64,000 nucleotides of DNA, taken from assembly GCF_001194135.2 (NCBI RefSeq), contig NC_068986.1:359859-423858 (forward strand). The letters run 5' to 3'. Position numbers and translations under genes: made by a program. This document shows positions 11,697 to 24,452 of the stretch, one piece after another. Numbering within the stretch: position 1 is the first letter of the stretch; every line of letters starts with the position of its first letter. The notes below the pieces were generated by a model that did no database searches, was not told where the DNA came from, and saw nothing but the letters and a program-made list of their open reading frames with translations. The stretch is from Octopus bimaculoides. Its lineage: Eukaryota.

Positions 11697-12849
11697 TCTA
11701 TATATAGATTGAAATCCTCCTGTGCTTCCCAAAAGCTTTCAGCCAGAATATGATACATGATACAACCCAAAAGTAGAATAAAACTTGTAAGTAGAATCAC
11801 ATGTAAGCCATAAGAAAATAATTCTGTTTCTTCACACACGTTGAAGTGCACTTATATTGCACAGGTTCGGTTATATTATTACAAAATCTAATTGAAATAC
11901 GGCAGGGAAGTGTATGATACCTCTTTAATCTGTGAATTCGTTGCTAGAAATATTTGTAAACTACGTTGTACCAAAATGCTTGGACATGAGAGAATAGGCA
12001 GAAATCGTTAAATTCCAATTTAATCATCAGCAGATTCTGCGATTATAGATTTTTGCGTCAGATGTAAAGTTTTTGTGTCATTGCAAGGGATTCAACTACT
12101 CAACAGTTTATTGCTGGTTGTTTAACCTCTTGTCAACTATGATTAAGCAGAAATATAATGAACGGTTTCCAGCCGTGATCATCTCGGCTTTTCAGTACTT
12201 AAACAACATTTTCTTTCTTTAAAGACAATATGATACGATTTGAAGGAAGTTTGACTGTTATTTCTAGCATGACAAGCATCCGTATGCTGGTTCCGTCGTT
12301 GCTTCTCAACCTACAAGTAGAACATAACGACAGATTGACCCGCTTCGTCATAAACAGGTGACGGACATTAAGCGGTAGAAGAGATATTTAGGAAAATCTA
12401 CGCTACTCTACTTGTAACTATACATGTTCGAGTTTTGTGCTTTTAACAAGCTTAACTATGGTACAACATCGAACACATGATCGAAATATGCCGGTGACTG
12501 CCAGCTATTGAAAAAGTATGATGTAGAAATGTTAAAGGCATCACTATAAGAAAGTAAAATATGAGATTTGAGAGCAAAAAATATAAAAGAAAACATTACG
12601 GACAGCCTTTACTCTTGCGACCAAAACATGTTCTACTGTTGACTTAAATTATTCCAAAGTATCTTTTCTTCACTGCATAGCCATGTTTGTTCCCAATCGA
12701 CATTCATTTATAATTATTTCATTCATTCTACAATCATCAAAAGAAAAATTAAGATTTATATCAGAATATGGGTTCCCAAATTGAAGTACTCATGTCTAAC
12801 TCTCTTAGGAGTGTGTGCGTAGGTGAAGGTTGGAGAACTAAATGCTAAT

Positions 12850-13157
12850 TGGGTAAGTGTCTTCTGCTATAACCTCGGGCTGACCAAAGTCTTGTGAGTG
12901 GATTTGGTAGACGGAAACTGAAAGAAGTCCGTCGTATATATATATTAATATATATGTATGTGTGTTTGTTATTTGTGTCTGTCTTTGTCCCCCTCCCACC
13001 ATCGATTGACAACCGATGTTGGTGTGTTTATGTCCCGTAACTTAGCAGTTTGGCAAAAGATACCGATAGAATAAGTACTAGGCTTACAAAGATTAAGTCC
13101 TGGGTTCGATTTGTTCGACTAAAGGCGGTGCTCTAGCATGGCTGCAGGCAAATGTAA
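12850..13157 (+). mobile_element. SINE family A, 5'-truncated
   Basis: GGTAAGTGTCTTCTGCTATAACCTCGGGCTGACCAAAG...TTGACAACCGATG...GATAGAATAAGTAC...AAAGGCGGTGCTCTAGCATGG, collinear with 34969-35298. Confidence 0.85.
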
Positions 13158-13220
13158 ACTATGTGAACGAGGATAGAAAAATCGACAACAGCACGGAGGA
13201 ATCGACGTAAGCTTAAATAA

Positions 13221-13264
13221 TAAACCGCGATAGGTGAACCGCGATGTGACGAGGGATTACTGTA
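13221..13264. mobile_element. Solo Tigger/pogo-like terminal inverted repeat
   Basis: Reverse complement reads TA-CAGTAATCCCTCGTCACATCGCGGTTCACCTATCGCGGTT, a CAGT-start TIR with TA and a duplicated ATCGCGGTT motif. Partner TIR not found. Confidence 0.5.
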
Positions 13265-13657
13265 GATGCATATTTCAGGACTTATTGTTCCTTCTCCAGC
13301 ATCACATTCAATCCATTAGCTATCCACAAACACATTGCTTAAATAGTTATTAAGCTTAGTGGTGTAACTTTATTGGATAGACTAATTTACATATTAAACA
13401 TATTCCTGGCAACTAATAAGTAGATATTTATTGACAAAGAGTTATTTGCATGGGAAACGTCATAACTTTCGGTGCTGGCTCTAAATTGTGCAGAAGAACT
13501 GTAGAGATAACACAAAAGTAATTAAATCGCACGGTTAACATAAAAAAAGTATCGCCTTATAAACCTATAATATATATATATTTGGTAGTCAATTATGGTT
13601 GCAAAACGAAGATGGTGTCCATACCAGCGATTATGTGTGTGTATGAGTGTGTTTATT

Positions 13658-13660
<3 letters not shown>

Positions 13661-13742
<82 letters not shown>
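13661..13742. repeat. (CA)n microsatellite
   Basis: About 80 bp of pure CA repeat. Confidence 0.95.
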
Positions 13743-13751
<9 letters not shown>

Positions 13752-14074
13752 CACATGTATACATACACAGACATACATACATACACATATATATATGTAT
13801 ATATATTATATAAGATAAAACTTACTTGGAGGCAGTGCGTGGCGTTCGATCATATAATAACATATATAATTATATGCATATATCCATACATATATGTACA
13901 TACCGACATCTATATGTATACATACATGCATATATGGGTACAGGACATCACAAAAAACGTTAAACACAATGAGAAACAAAAGCATAAAGACGAAGACAGA
14001 AAACGAACTTTTTTTTCGAACAACGAAAAAAACAAACAAAGAAACGAGACATGCAACATAAAGAATATTTCCCA

Positions 14075-14112
14075 TCTTCAGTTGTCCCTGTTCCATCTAC
14101 TCCGCGTTTCGA
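14075..14112. repeat. Dispersed repeat motif shared with 17668-17705 (unclassified family)
   Basis: TCAGTTGTCCCTGTTCCATCTACTCCGCGTTTCG here versus TCAGTTGTCCCTGTTTCAACTACTCCGCGTTTCG near 17673. Confidence 0.6.
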
Positions 14113-14532
14113 AGGCAAGGACAATACGCGACTTCGTTGGAGCAGTCCTTCCCGCAAGCAAATTAATTAAAATTTGGAATTTTTTGCGGAGAGTGAAAGT
14201 GTAAACAAGAACAGCACAGTGAGAACAAGACAGAACAGTGAGAACAAACGGTAAGGAATGTTAGGCCAAGACGATAGAAAATTTATTTTGAACGCGAAGC
14301 TAGATGTGAATGTGAGAGGAAGAAATTCACATCTTTTCTGTAGGAAGGCAGGAAGTTGACTGCACAAGAAGACTGCACATGATTTTAAGCCAGAAGACAC
14401 TAAGTATTGATGGGTGAGGACTTTGTCAACATCGGCATTACTATTATTATTATTATTATTATTATTGTTGTTGTTGTTGGTGTTATTGTTGTTGTTGTTG
14501 TTATTATCGTCATTATTATTATTTGCATATAA

Positions 14533-14752
14533 TAATTTCTAATTTAGGCCACAAGGTCAGTAATCATAATGGGTTGGCTTTATCGACAAACACCCTCGAC
14601 CTCAGTAACAGAGTATTATTTTTCTTTTATCGACCTCGCAAAGGGGAAAGCCAAAGTTAATCATGGCGGGATTTGAACTTGGAGCGGAAAGAGATTGAAC
14701 AAATGCCGCAACTTATCGCGTCCAGCTTTCTGAAGTGTCTGCCTTCCCGCCT
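14533..14752 (-). mobile_element. Degenerate SINE family B
   Basis: TTTATCGACCTCGCAAAGGGGAAAGCCAAAGTTAATCATGGCGGGATTTGAACT aligns to the reverse complement of 55138-55350; an (ATT/GTT)n tail lies to the left. Confidence 0.55.
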
Positions 14753-15724
14753 CACTTTAATATATAATAATGTACTACAACTGAACGTAATAGTTTATTT
14801 TTGATCTGTATATCAAACTTAAATCATTTATACTGTTGAAAGCCTTTTGAACTGCGGTATATATGCTTCAACAGTATATATGCGTTAAGTATCATATAGA
14901 GATTGCTAATTTGAATTAATACTGCTTCCGTCGCTTAGAATGAAAGGATATTTGCATTGTCAATGGTTACTATGACACTACCACAGATAATATCATTCCC
15001 AGCTAATATCATTTGTCAGCGAGGTAAAATTCAGGAATTAAAGCATTTTTAAAGATTAGCTTTGGCTGTCCCTTGCTAAATTAGTAGACATAAATTAAAT
15101 TCACTGGAATATTCTGGATAGAAATGCTATAATCAAAGAAGTCAATAACATCAGCTTCTCTTGCTGTGCATTAAAGGAGTAAATGTGGTTATACATCCCC
15201 CAATGGTATCGACAAGCTAAGTTAAATGAAATAGCATCAAGGTAGCGGTTCAAATTAATTCGGTTTATTGGACTTTTTCATGGCTTACAGGAATAAGGGC
15301 AGCACCGATGACCTTTTGCAAGACACCTGTGATTGATAGGAATAGAAGAGAACAACAAACGCAACTCAGAAGAAAGCATAGCACCAACCTTTGATGTCTA
15401 TAATCAAACTGGAGACCTGATCCGAATGCTTAAACCAGAATGGCATTTCTTATAGTTACACAATGAAAAATTGGTGGGTTAAACAACGGGACATTCAGAA
15501 TATGTGATCCAAATATAGGTACTGTCTATACATTTTGTAAACTGTTCCGTAACTCTAGAATTTCTTTAAGAAATATTTATACTGTGAAAAGCAAGGAAGA
15601 CGACCGACAGATAACTCATCGGTCTTACAATCAGTTCATAATGTCATTAAGTCTAACGTAGACAGTGTGTGCGAGTCCGTACACGCAAACACATACATGC
15701 ATATGTGTAATTATACGTGTACTG

Positions 15725-15931
15725 ATGCAGCACAGAATTTTGTCAGTGAACGGGTCGTGGTTTCAAAGCGACGGAAATATTTCGACAAATTAAATTTAAA
15801 TGTTGAAGTGAATCTAACGATTTTTGTGTGTTATTTTAAATGGCTTATAAACACCTTCCACGCTGCAATTGTTTTCGTTCCAGCACACGATCTCAGATCA
15901 GGTCACTCACTATGCAAGTACATCTCCGTAA
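15725..15931 (+). mobile_element. Short interspersed element, possible solo PLE pseudo-LTR, with a hammerhead-like fold at its 5' end
   Basis: Bounded by simple repeats and ends GCAAGTACATCTCCGTAA before (AT)n. The HHR-like architecture is at 15739-15789 (see findings). Repeat status comes from my recognition of the sequence; there is only one copy in this window. Confidence 0.45.
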
Positions 15932-16174
15932 TATATATATATATATATATATATATATTCGAAGAGAAATGAGAAAAGGAAATGTTTTTATATAGAGAAT
16001 GCGTAATGCAGATTATAATACTATATGTGTGTATTCAAGGGCATCTAGAATAAAAAATACATTCGCTTTCGAATTATATCGTTAGTGAATTCTCATATAC
16101 ATTGATATAAGGGTATCCACACCCACACTCACAGACACATAACGCTCTCTCTCTCTCTCTCTCTCACTCTCTAT

Positions 16175-16227
<53 letters not shown>

Positions 16228-16694
16228 GCATATATATGTACATGAGTGTGTATATGTGTGTATCTATGACATACCTGTCCCTCAGACATACGTGTGTGTG
16301 CGTGTCCGTGTGTGTGTGTGTCCGTGTGTTTGTTTTTAACTCATACAGAGCTAATGTTATGTGCACCCTAGCACCGTCAGATACGTTAAAATTGTTATAA
16401 ATGTATGGAATCCCTAAAAGATACATATTAAAAAAAGAACAAAAAGATATCGTTACTAAAAATGCTTTATTTAAACGTCGCTGCAATTATCGTTTTATTT
16501 TAGATGTCTGCAGCCGACCTGCCATCTTACCAGTACATTTACTCGTAGAAATATAGCAGTCTTTGCTTTCCCACTCTCCTTCTCTCTCCATGTCTTCATC
16601 CTCTCTCCCCCTTTTTCTTTCTCTCTTTCTCCCTCTCTCTCTATATATATATATGTGTTTGTGTGTGTGCCTATATATATAGGCACACACACAA

Positions 16695-16750
<56 letters not shown>

Positions 16751-17950
16751 TTAGACACACACATATATATATTATATATACGCATACATATGTATGTGTT
16801 GTGTGTACGTATGAGTGTGTGCGCGCGCGTATGATTTAATTCAAGTTCAATGTACTTCAAACTATTCGTGTATACGTCTGTCTGTCTGTCTGTCTGTATG
16901 TATGCATGTATGTATGTATGTAAGTGTGTGTGTGTATGTATGTTTGTTTATATCCATAAATGTATGCTTGTTTGCATTCGTTTCTTTGGGTTTCTTTGCT
17001 TGTGTTTGTTTTGCTTTGTTTTCTTTTTGTAAGCATGTTTCTATGTAGTTGAGTTTCATGGAAGTTCTGACATAAAGAAGTAAATAAATATATAACATAA
17101 AAAAACGAATATTTTACTTGTAATTAAAAAAAATTTCTCTGTAGACATTTGTTTTCGCAAAAAAAAAAACTAGTAATTTAGGTAATTACTGCAAATGTAT
17201 TATTTCCTTAATCATATATTTACTGCAATTTCGGACCGTAAACAATATTTTTAGATTTTCCAGGAATATAGAAAATTAGGTTTTTCCACATACTTCAAGA
17301 AAAAACATTTCTATGCTTATTTTTTATCAAAGTTTCTTTGATCATCAATTAATTTAGGCTTATTTTGAACCGCGAATAGCACAAACAAAGCTCACTTTGA
17401 ACCTCAGTTGGTGCTTGGTTTTCTTAAGATCAGTTACACCGAGCCATATTTGTACAATTCCATTCCACCTACTGCCGAAATTTTGTACTCGGTAGTATTG
17501 AAAACGATAAGAAATTACAACCTCGAAATTACGATGCTCTACTTGATTCTAGTAACCTTCAGACGCTTTCTCTAAATTTTAGCAAGATACCTTAGGAAGA
17601 TGACAGTCTACATGCCTTCAATGATATTGCAAAGGAACTTCACACTTGCAGCATAAAGAGTATACCCCTTCGTCAGTTGTCCCTGTTTCAACTACTCCGC
17701 GTTTCGTGTGTCTGGGGCGAGTCATTCTCTTTTATTGTCTTATTATTTAACACACTCTTCGGTTCGATTTCCACTCATTTACTTATTCATTTTTTCTCAA
17801 ATTTTCGTTGCGTCTTGCAACCTCTTCAATAGTCGTTGACTGTGTCCGTTGTCTGAACTGGGTTCCTTCGTTTCTTTGTTCGTATGTGTAACAAAATATA
17901 TATGTTTGTGTGTGTATGTACGTGTGTGTGTATGTGTGAGTGAATGTGTG

Positions 17951-18020
<70 letters not shown>

Positions 18021-18356
18021 CGTGTACGTATGTGTGTATGTATAAAAATGTATGCATCTGAGATTCTCAAACGTAATGAATCGGTGCTTCTCAAACTATA
18101 CCTTGCACAAAGTGAGTTAAAATACCTCACGGGTTTCCAAAACATAAAAAGACTATTTAAGTCTTTAGATAGTTCACACTGATACCTGAGTGCCTTGAAA
18201 AATTGTTATTCTTAATTTTGATATACGAAGTATTAGGATTGTAGAATTAAGAAAACGGCATAAGAAAAAGTTTTCTCAATTTATAACTATAAAATCAGAT
18301 CTTTTAAAATTAGATTTTCATCTGAAATGAGCTGTGGTAAATTTTTGTATTTAATC

Positions 18357-18667
18357 TCCAGTACACCTCGGAGTCCAAAAGATTCAAAACCACGAATATC
18401 TATATCGATATATCTATATCTGTATCCGTTCAACTCTCTCTCCTCTCTCTCTTTATCTCCCCCTCTCTCTTTATATATATATATATAATAGAGAGAGAGA
18501 GAGAAAGAGAGAGGGGGAGATAAAGAGAGAGAGAGAAGGGAAGAGAGAGAGAGAGAGAAGGGAAGAGAGAGAGAGAGAGAAGGGAAGAGAGAGATTAACA
18601 GGTAACGATGTAGATATATAGATATAGATTATGGTTCTGAATCTTTTTGACTTCGAGGCGTACTGGA
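18357..18667. repeat. ~310-bp foldback (palindromic) element centred on (AT)n
   Basis: TCCAGTACACCTCGGAGTCCAAAAGATTCAAAACCA versus TGGTTCTGAATCTTTTTGACTTCGAGGCGTACTGGA. The inner CTCTTTATCTCCCCCTCTCTCTTT versus AAAGAGAGAGGGGGAGATAAAGAG is also inverted. Confidence 0.8.
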
Positions 18668-19523
18668 TACATGTATATATAAATATATGTTATGGTCTCG
18701 CTAAAATTTGTTAATTGGTGCTTATTTAATTAGTTATCTAATTGCTTTTCCAGTGGGTGGCCAAGAAAACTTGAGTATCAAAAGAAATAATCATAATATT
18801 TCAGGGTAGTGACTGATAGTCCATTAGTTTAGGAATTAATTGCTTTCTTGCTTTCTAATATATTGGGTTGATGTATACCGCACGTATACGTACACTCATT
18901 TACAAGTATACATCTGCGTGTATATGTGCCTGGGTTTATGTGCCTGCCTTTGACCAAATTTCTATGTGTTTGTGAGTTTTCGTATCTAAAGACAAAGCAT
19001 GGTAAATAGTTATGTGTGCTGAGATTTTAGACTTGAATCTTTTTACACTCTAGGTACTTATGTGTATTTCTATATTTGCACGTTTGAGTACGTAGAGATT
19101 GGGTAATAAAGCTAGTTTGCTAGATAGATAGAGGGTAAGATCACTGGATACTCAGATAGCTAGATACATATCTATAGAAGGATAGAGAAGTAGACAGAAA
19201 TAATAAATAGACGCTTACGTAATAACGAGGGCATACTTTACAATATTAAGCGGGATGAGTTAAAATAGCGTAATGCCAGATTAAAATTATTCACCTTACG
19301 TTTACTTATCTCTCAGTGTGCAGAGATCAAACTACGGTGTTTAATCTAAGCATGTAACTTAAAGAATATTTTTGGATCTATTCAAATATAACACCTCTCT
19401 ACACTGAAAATTAGGTAAAAACAGTAGAATCCTTTCTATTATCTAACTTCGATCTACATTTTGGAACACGTTTTGATGAAGTGAACTTTACATTTCACAG
19501 AGGTTCTGTCTAAGACATTTATA

Positions 19524-19962
19524 TATTGGATTGCCCAAAAGGTTGACGTTAACTTGTGGGAAAACCAAAACGAGAATTAACGACACCTCATGCTTTATTT
19601 TTTTAATTTAAAAAGGACCAGAAAGCGGCGGAGATCTGCAGCAAGACACGCACTGTGTATGGAGAGGATGTTGTTACAGAACGTGTGTGCCAGAAGTGGG
19701 TTTCAATATTTCGAATCGAAAAATTTTTCAGTTCATGTTACTCTCATTTGGTTGGCTCTTGCCAACCAAATGAGGTTAACTGTGAAATAATGAAGGAGTT
19801 AGTCTACACTAAGCCCTGTCGTACGACCTGAATGGTTACAGATATTCTCCGAGTATCCAAATCAAGTGTTTAAAACATCTGCTTCAGCTTGGTTACGTCC
19901 GTAGGCTCGATGTTTGGATCTCACGTCAATTGACCCAAAGGATTTCCATCTGTGATTCGTTA
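19524..19962 (+). mobile_element. Mariner transposon remnant (5' TIR plus N-terminal transposase)
   Basis: TA-TTGGATTGCCCAAAAGGTT TIR-like start. Frameshifted KAAEICSKTRTVYGEDVVTERVCQKWVSIFR (HTH) and VSKSSV..HL..LGYVRRLDVWISRQLT (cf. WVPHEL). Confidence 0.8.
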
Positions 19963-20268
19963 CACACATACACATACATAGATAAATTACTTATAAAAAT
20001 AACGTGTTTGGGGGTATATTACAATTTCAGTTGCTCTCGGTGCAGCTTATAACCAGCTGTGACAATTTATTAACCTGTTTGTTGTGTAATATTACTTCAT
20101 TTCACTTCCCGTACTTCCACTTGTCTATCTCTTACACACACGCGCGCACATACATAAATACATACATACATATATACATACATACGTAAGTGAAGCCCTA
20201 AGAGTTCCAAGATGCAGCCGTAAATGTAGATTGCGTGATATTTCTGTGGAAGACATCGCTGCCCAAAA

Positions 20269-20310
<42 letters not shown>

Positions 20311-20408
20311 TTAGACCGGGTGGTTCTTGAGTAAAACACTTCATCTCCCGTTACTCTGTGATTCCTTTCATGCACACACACACAAACACAGACACATGTA
20401 CACACTGA

Positions 20409-20450
<42 letters not shown>

Positions 20451-20868
20451 ATTCAAATGTACAATCATTATAGTCATGCATATACCAATAAATATTAGTT
20501 GTTTATGTGCATATATATATATGTCATAGCTATTTTTCTATAAATGCTTGTCTATGCTCATATTTATTTTATTTGTGTATGTATGGATGGATGTTTGACG
20601 TTGTACCAGTGTCTATTCATTCTGGAATTCAATCAATTCAGACGAGGAAAGATAAGAAACTACGTCAAGCTATAATCCATTCATATTATTCCAATTTGGC
20701 GCAGTTAGCTCTGATGATATACAAGAGAGCTAGAATGTAGAATAATGTTGGTATCTAATAATACACAGACAACACTAACGCACGCACTCATACATACTTA
20801 CATACATATGTACATACATACATACATACATACATACATACATACATACATACATACATACATGTGAG

Positions 20869-20906
<38 letters not shown>

Positions 20907-21459
20907 GTGAAAATCCTCAGAAAGACATAGTTTCGATATTTTCGTAACCATATGCGATAAATGTTTGTGAAATTACGAACCGAAAGGAATGAAACCATGT
21001 TTTAAATTCCATTCTACGTAGATATCGATGTCGTTGCCAACAGACTTATTAAACGTAAAATATCCAGCATGTTTGTAAGGCTTAAAGAGTAATATACCAA
21101 TGAATAAAGAAATAGAAGAGAGATGATCTACCGTAACAGAGTAAGCCAATCTGTTTAATACTACACACTGGCTCAATTTGAATGCACCTTTTTACAGGAC
21201 AGTAATTATAAGAGGAGTTGACATAGTTCATGTTTTAATACAAATGATTTCTCTCTCAACTGTGACTCTATGCTTTGTCTTTTGTTTCTCTGCGTAGGAA
21301 ATTCTAAATTTCACTTTCAGTCTTTTGTTTTTGTATTTATGTTTTTTTTTTGTAAGTTATGAGGTCTTTGTTTTTTCTTTCGCTTATTGAATTTTGTAAT
21401 TGTTCTCATGGGTTTTCACGAATCGCAATTCACTTCATTTCATGCAATATCATGTTTAC

Positions 21460-21530
21460 TTTGCGTTCTTGGTTCAAATTCCGCGGAGGACAATTTTGCC
21501 TTTCATCCTTTCGGAGTCGATAAAAAGACT
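21460..21530 (+). mobile_element. SINE family B fragment (B box plus central domain)
   Basis: GGTTCAAATTCCGCGGAGGACAATTTTGCCTTTCATCCTTTCGGAGTCGATAAA. Confidence 0.65.
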
Positions 21531-23519
21531 TACCTCTGCCCTGCTTGCTGGCCTTTGTTCCAAAATTCGAAATCAATATTATGTCTATTTTGTGTAATCA
21601 GTGAATAAGCGCTCTTTAGTTTCCTTTGTTCTCTCTGTTATCTTACTTTTTTTTGTTTTTGTGGGTACTTCAGATTAATTCTTTCAGCGAATCTGCAGAG
21701 AACTTTTAAGTTGCTCAAATATTATATTCCACCTTTTAATATTATTTTGTTGCTGTCTGTGTAGTCTAAATATAATAGAACAAATTCCATTTAGATTTGC
21801 TTAAATAATTTAACTGAATAATTCAACAAACACGCAAGAGTTTGTAAATATACATAAAACACTTTTTAAAACAGATACTGTATTGACATTTGTATCATGG
21901 GAAGTTTTCAGTATTCGTTATTCTATTCTGTCCGTGGATTTGTAATTTTCTCTTAAAATAACAAGAGAATACAATTACAGGTTTTATTATTTTCCTCGCA
22001 TTATATCAATTCTAGTTTCTGTGCCAAATTCATTTGTTTTCAGTAAAGTATATTTTTATTCAGATTTGACTCTTTACATACAAGCTGAATATGACTTCAA
22101 CAAGATTAAAAACTGCCATCGAAATATTAAAATAGTTGTTTATAAAATTATAAAGAGACTGCTAAAAGAGATGGAAAGGACATTCGCATAAATATATTTA
22201 CTCAGTAGGGCACTTTCCAAAGAGTTTTAATGTCATTATGGACGTAATCAACAGAATTCTTTTATCAGAAAGTACAGCTGAAAATTATATAATTTTTTTC
22301 TTTCTTTTATAATGTATATGACTGTACCTGTGTACATTTATATGTGTGTGAGAGTATGTGTGTGTATATTTATGTGTCTTTATCCACGCGCTTCTCTGTG
22401 TAATATAATTATAAACCATCCGAGGAGAATATATTTTCATACGTATGCATTCCTTTGTTCGCTTATGAGAATAAACTTATTTACACATGCATGCATATAG
22501 GAGGTGTTTGTAAGTTAGTTTCTGTGTCTGCATTCGTGTATATATGTACATAAGCACATAAATAAATACGTGTGAAAAAACAAAAAGCAATCTGCTTTTG
22601 CACAACGTGTGAGTGCGTGTACATAAATGTGTGTATGTGTGTGTTTATACTTGTGTATGTATGTAAATTCTTCTTGTATATTTACACGTGTGTATTGGTA
22701 AGTACGAGTGTGCATATGTGTTTATTGTGTAAGAGAGGGAGAGTTTTTATATGCATGTGTTTGCATAAGGTGAACGTCACTGTATGTGTGATGTGTATGT
22801 AAGAGAAAATTATAATGATAATAAATAAAACCATTACAAGTAACAGAAAGCCTTCACTTCAGAAAGATGAAGGAATGCAAACAGTTATCGTTAGAAATAT
22901 CGCCTATCTTAAAGTGAGATCACAATGAGAAAAAACAAAAAGAGAGAATGTGAAATGACATTTTACAACGAAATTAGATCATTGAATAAGCAAACCTTTT
23001 GTATGTTCGTCATGAAATGTCCACGTTACCATACATTCTAAAGTAAACCATCATACCAAACGCGATATACAATCTTCTATGGGCATTCCACTAAACAACA
23101 TCCAAATTCTTGCTGAATAGGAAAAAAAAACTTTTCATAGCAGCTGGCTTTTATGGTTACTATTAACTATTTATTTGCTTCAGCTTCATTTAATTTTAGC
23201 TTTGCGAAACAAAACGCACGCTTAGATGTCAACAATTGCTTTATATTTTTTTTCAAAGAAGTCGTTATTATATTATATATTATATAAACGACGTCATTAT
23301 TTAAGTGACTCTCTGCATAGTGAAAGCTGATTGAGTTGGTAATGTGGTAGAGAATATACGGATATGTGGCCTGTTCGTATAACACCGTCGTTATTTTGTA
23401 ATTTTCTAGCTACAAGCTGCCTCATATTCCGGAGTGGTGGTAAAGGGTTCTCCATCAGTCTCGAGGAGGAGCATTAAGTTATTCATGTAATGTGATGAAA
23501 TCAATGACAAGTTAAGGTG

Positions 23520-23561
<42 letters not shown>

Positions 23562-23588
23562 CCTATAGATAGATAAATAGATAGATAT

Positions 23589-24452
23589 CTTTTTATTATA
23601 GCCACACAGGGCTAAATACAGAAAATGGACAAATTACANNNNNNNNNNNNNNNNNNNNNNNNNNNNNNNNNNNNNNNNNNNNNNNNNNNNNNNNNNNNNN
23701 NNNNNNNNNNNNNNNNNNNNNNNNNNNNNNNNNNNNNNNNNNNNNNNNNNNNNNNNNNNNNNNNNNNNNNNNNNNNNNNNNNNNNNNNNNNNNNNNNNNN
23801 NNNNNNNNNNNNNNNNNNNNNNNNNNNNNNNNNNNNNNNNNNNNNNNNNNNNNNNNNNNNNNNNNNNNNNNNNNNNNNNNNNNNNNNNNNNNNNNNNNNN
23901 NNNNNNNNNNNNNNNNNNNNNNNNNNNNNNNNNNNNNNNNNNNNNNNNNNNNNNNNNNNNNNNNNNNNNNNNNNNNNNNNNNNNNNNNNNNNNNNNNNNN
24001 NNNNNNNNNNNNNNNNNNNNNNNNNNNNNNNNNNNNNNNNNNNNNNNNNNNNNNNNNNNNNNNNNNNNNNNNNNNNNNNNNNNNNNNNNNNNNNNNNNNN
24101 NNNNNNNNNNNNNNNNNNNNNNNNNNNNNNNNNNNNNNNNNNNNNNNNNNNNNNNNNNNNNNNNNNNNNNNNNNNNNNNNNNNNNNNNNNNNNNNNNNNN
24201 NNNNNNNNNNNNNNNNNNNNNNNNNNNNNGGAAATTATCCATAGGCCCCGGCCCGAACGTCGTCTTGTAAAGGGCGGGTTAGGAATTTCTCGTCGACACC
24301 CAGGTTTGCCCCGAGAGTGTCGTCAGGCCTCCCCTCCACTAGTCCTCTATAGAACGCATTGGTCGTTTGGAAGTTGCACAAGTTTGATCCCGGACGGCAG
24401 AGCTGTTGTAGAGCTTGGCGACACTCGCGGTGCCAATCGCCCAGTTTCGGTC
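23589..24452 (-). mobile_element. 5'-truncated Tx1/L1-like LINE (C-terminal region plus 3' end) spanning a gap, probable
   Basis: GC-rich 24230-24452 translates RPKLGDWHRECRQALQQLCRPGSNLCNFQTTNAFYRGLVEGRPDDTLGANLGVDEKFL..(frameshift)KTTFGPGPMDNF, resembling the post-RT region of Tx1-like ORF2 (from recognition). The left piece 23589-23638 ends in AATAAAAAG on the element strand. GATA-type repeats flank both sides. Confidence 0.6.

Noticed and set aside
14075-14112. Minus-strand GAAACGCG...CTGAAGA/CTGACGA here and near 17670-17705, as a permuted hammerhead
   Set aside because: No UH cleavage triplet with a pairing stem I could be drawn; kept only as a shared repeat.
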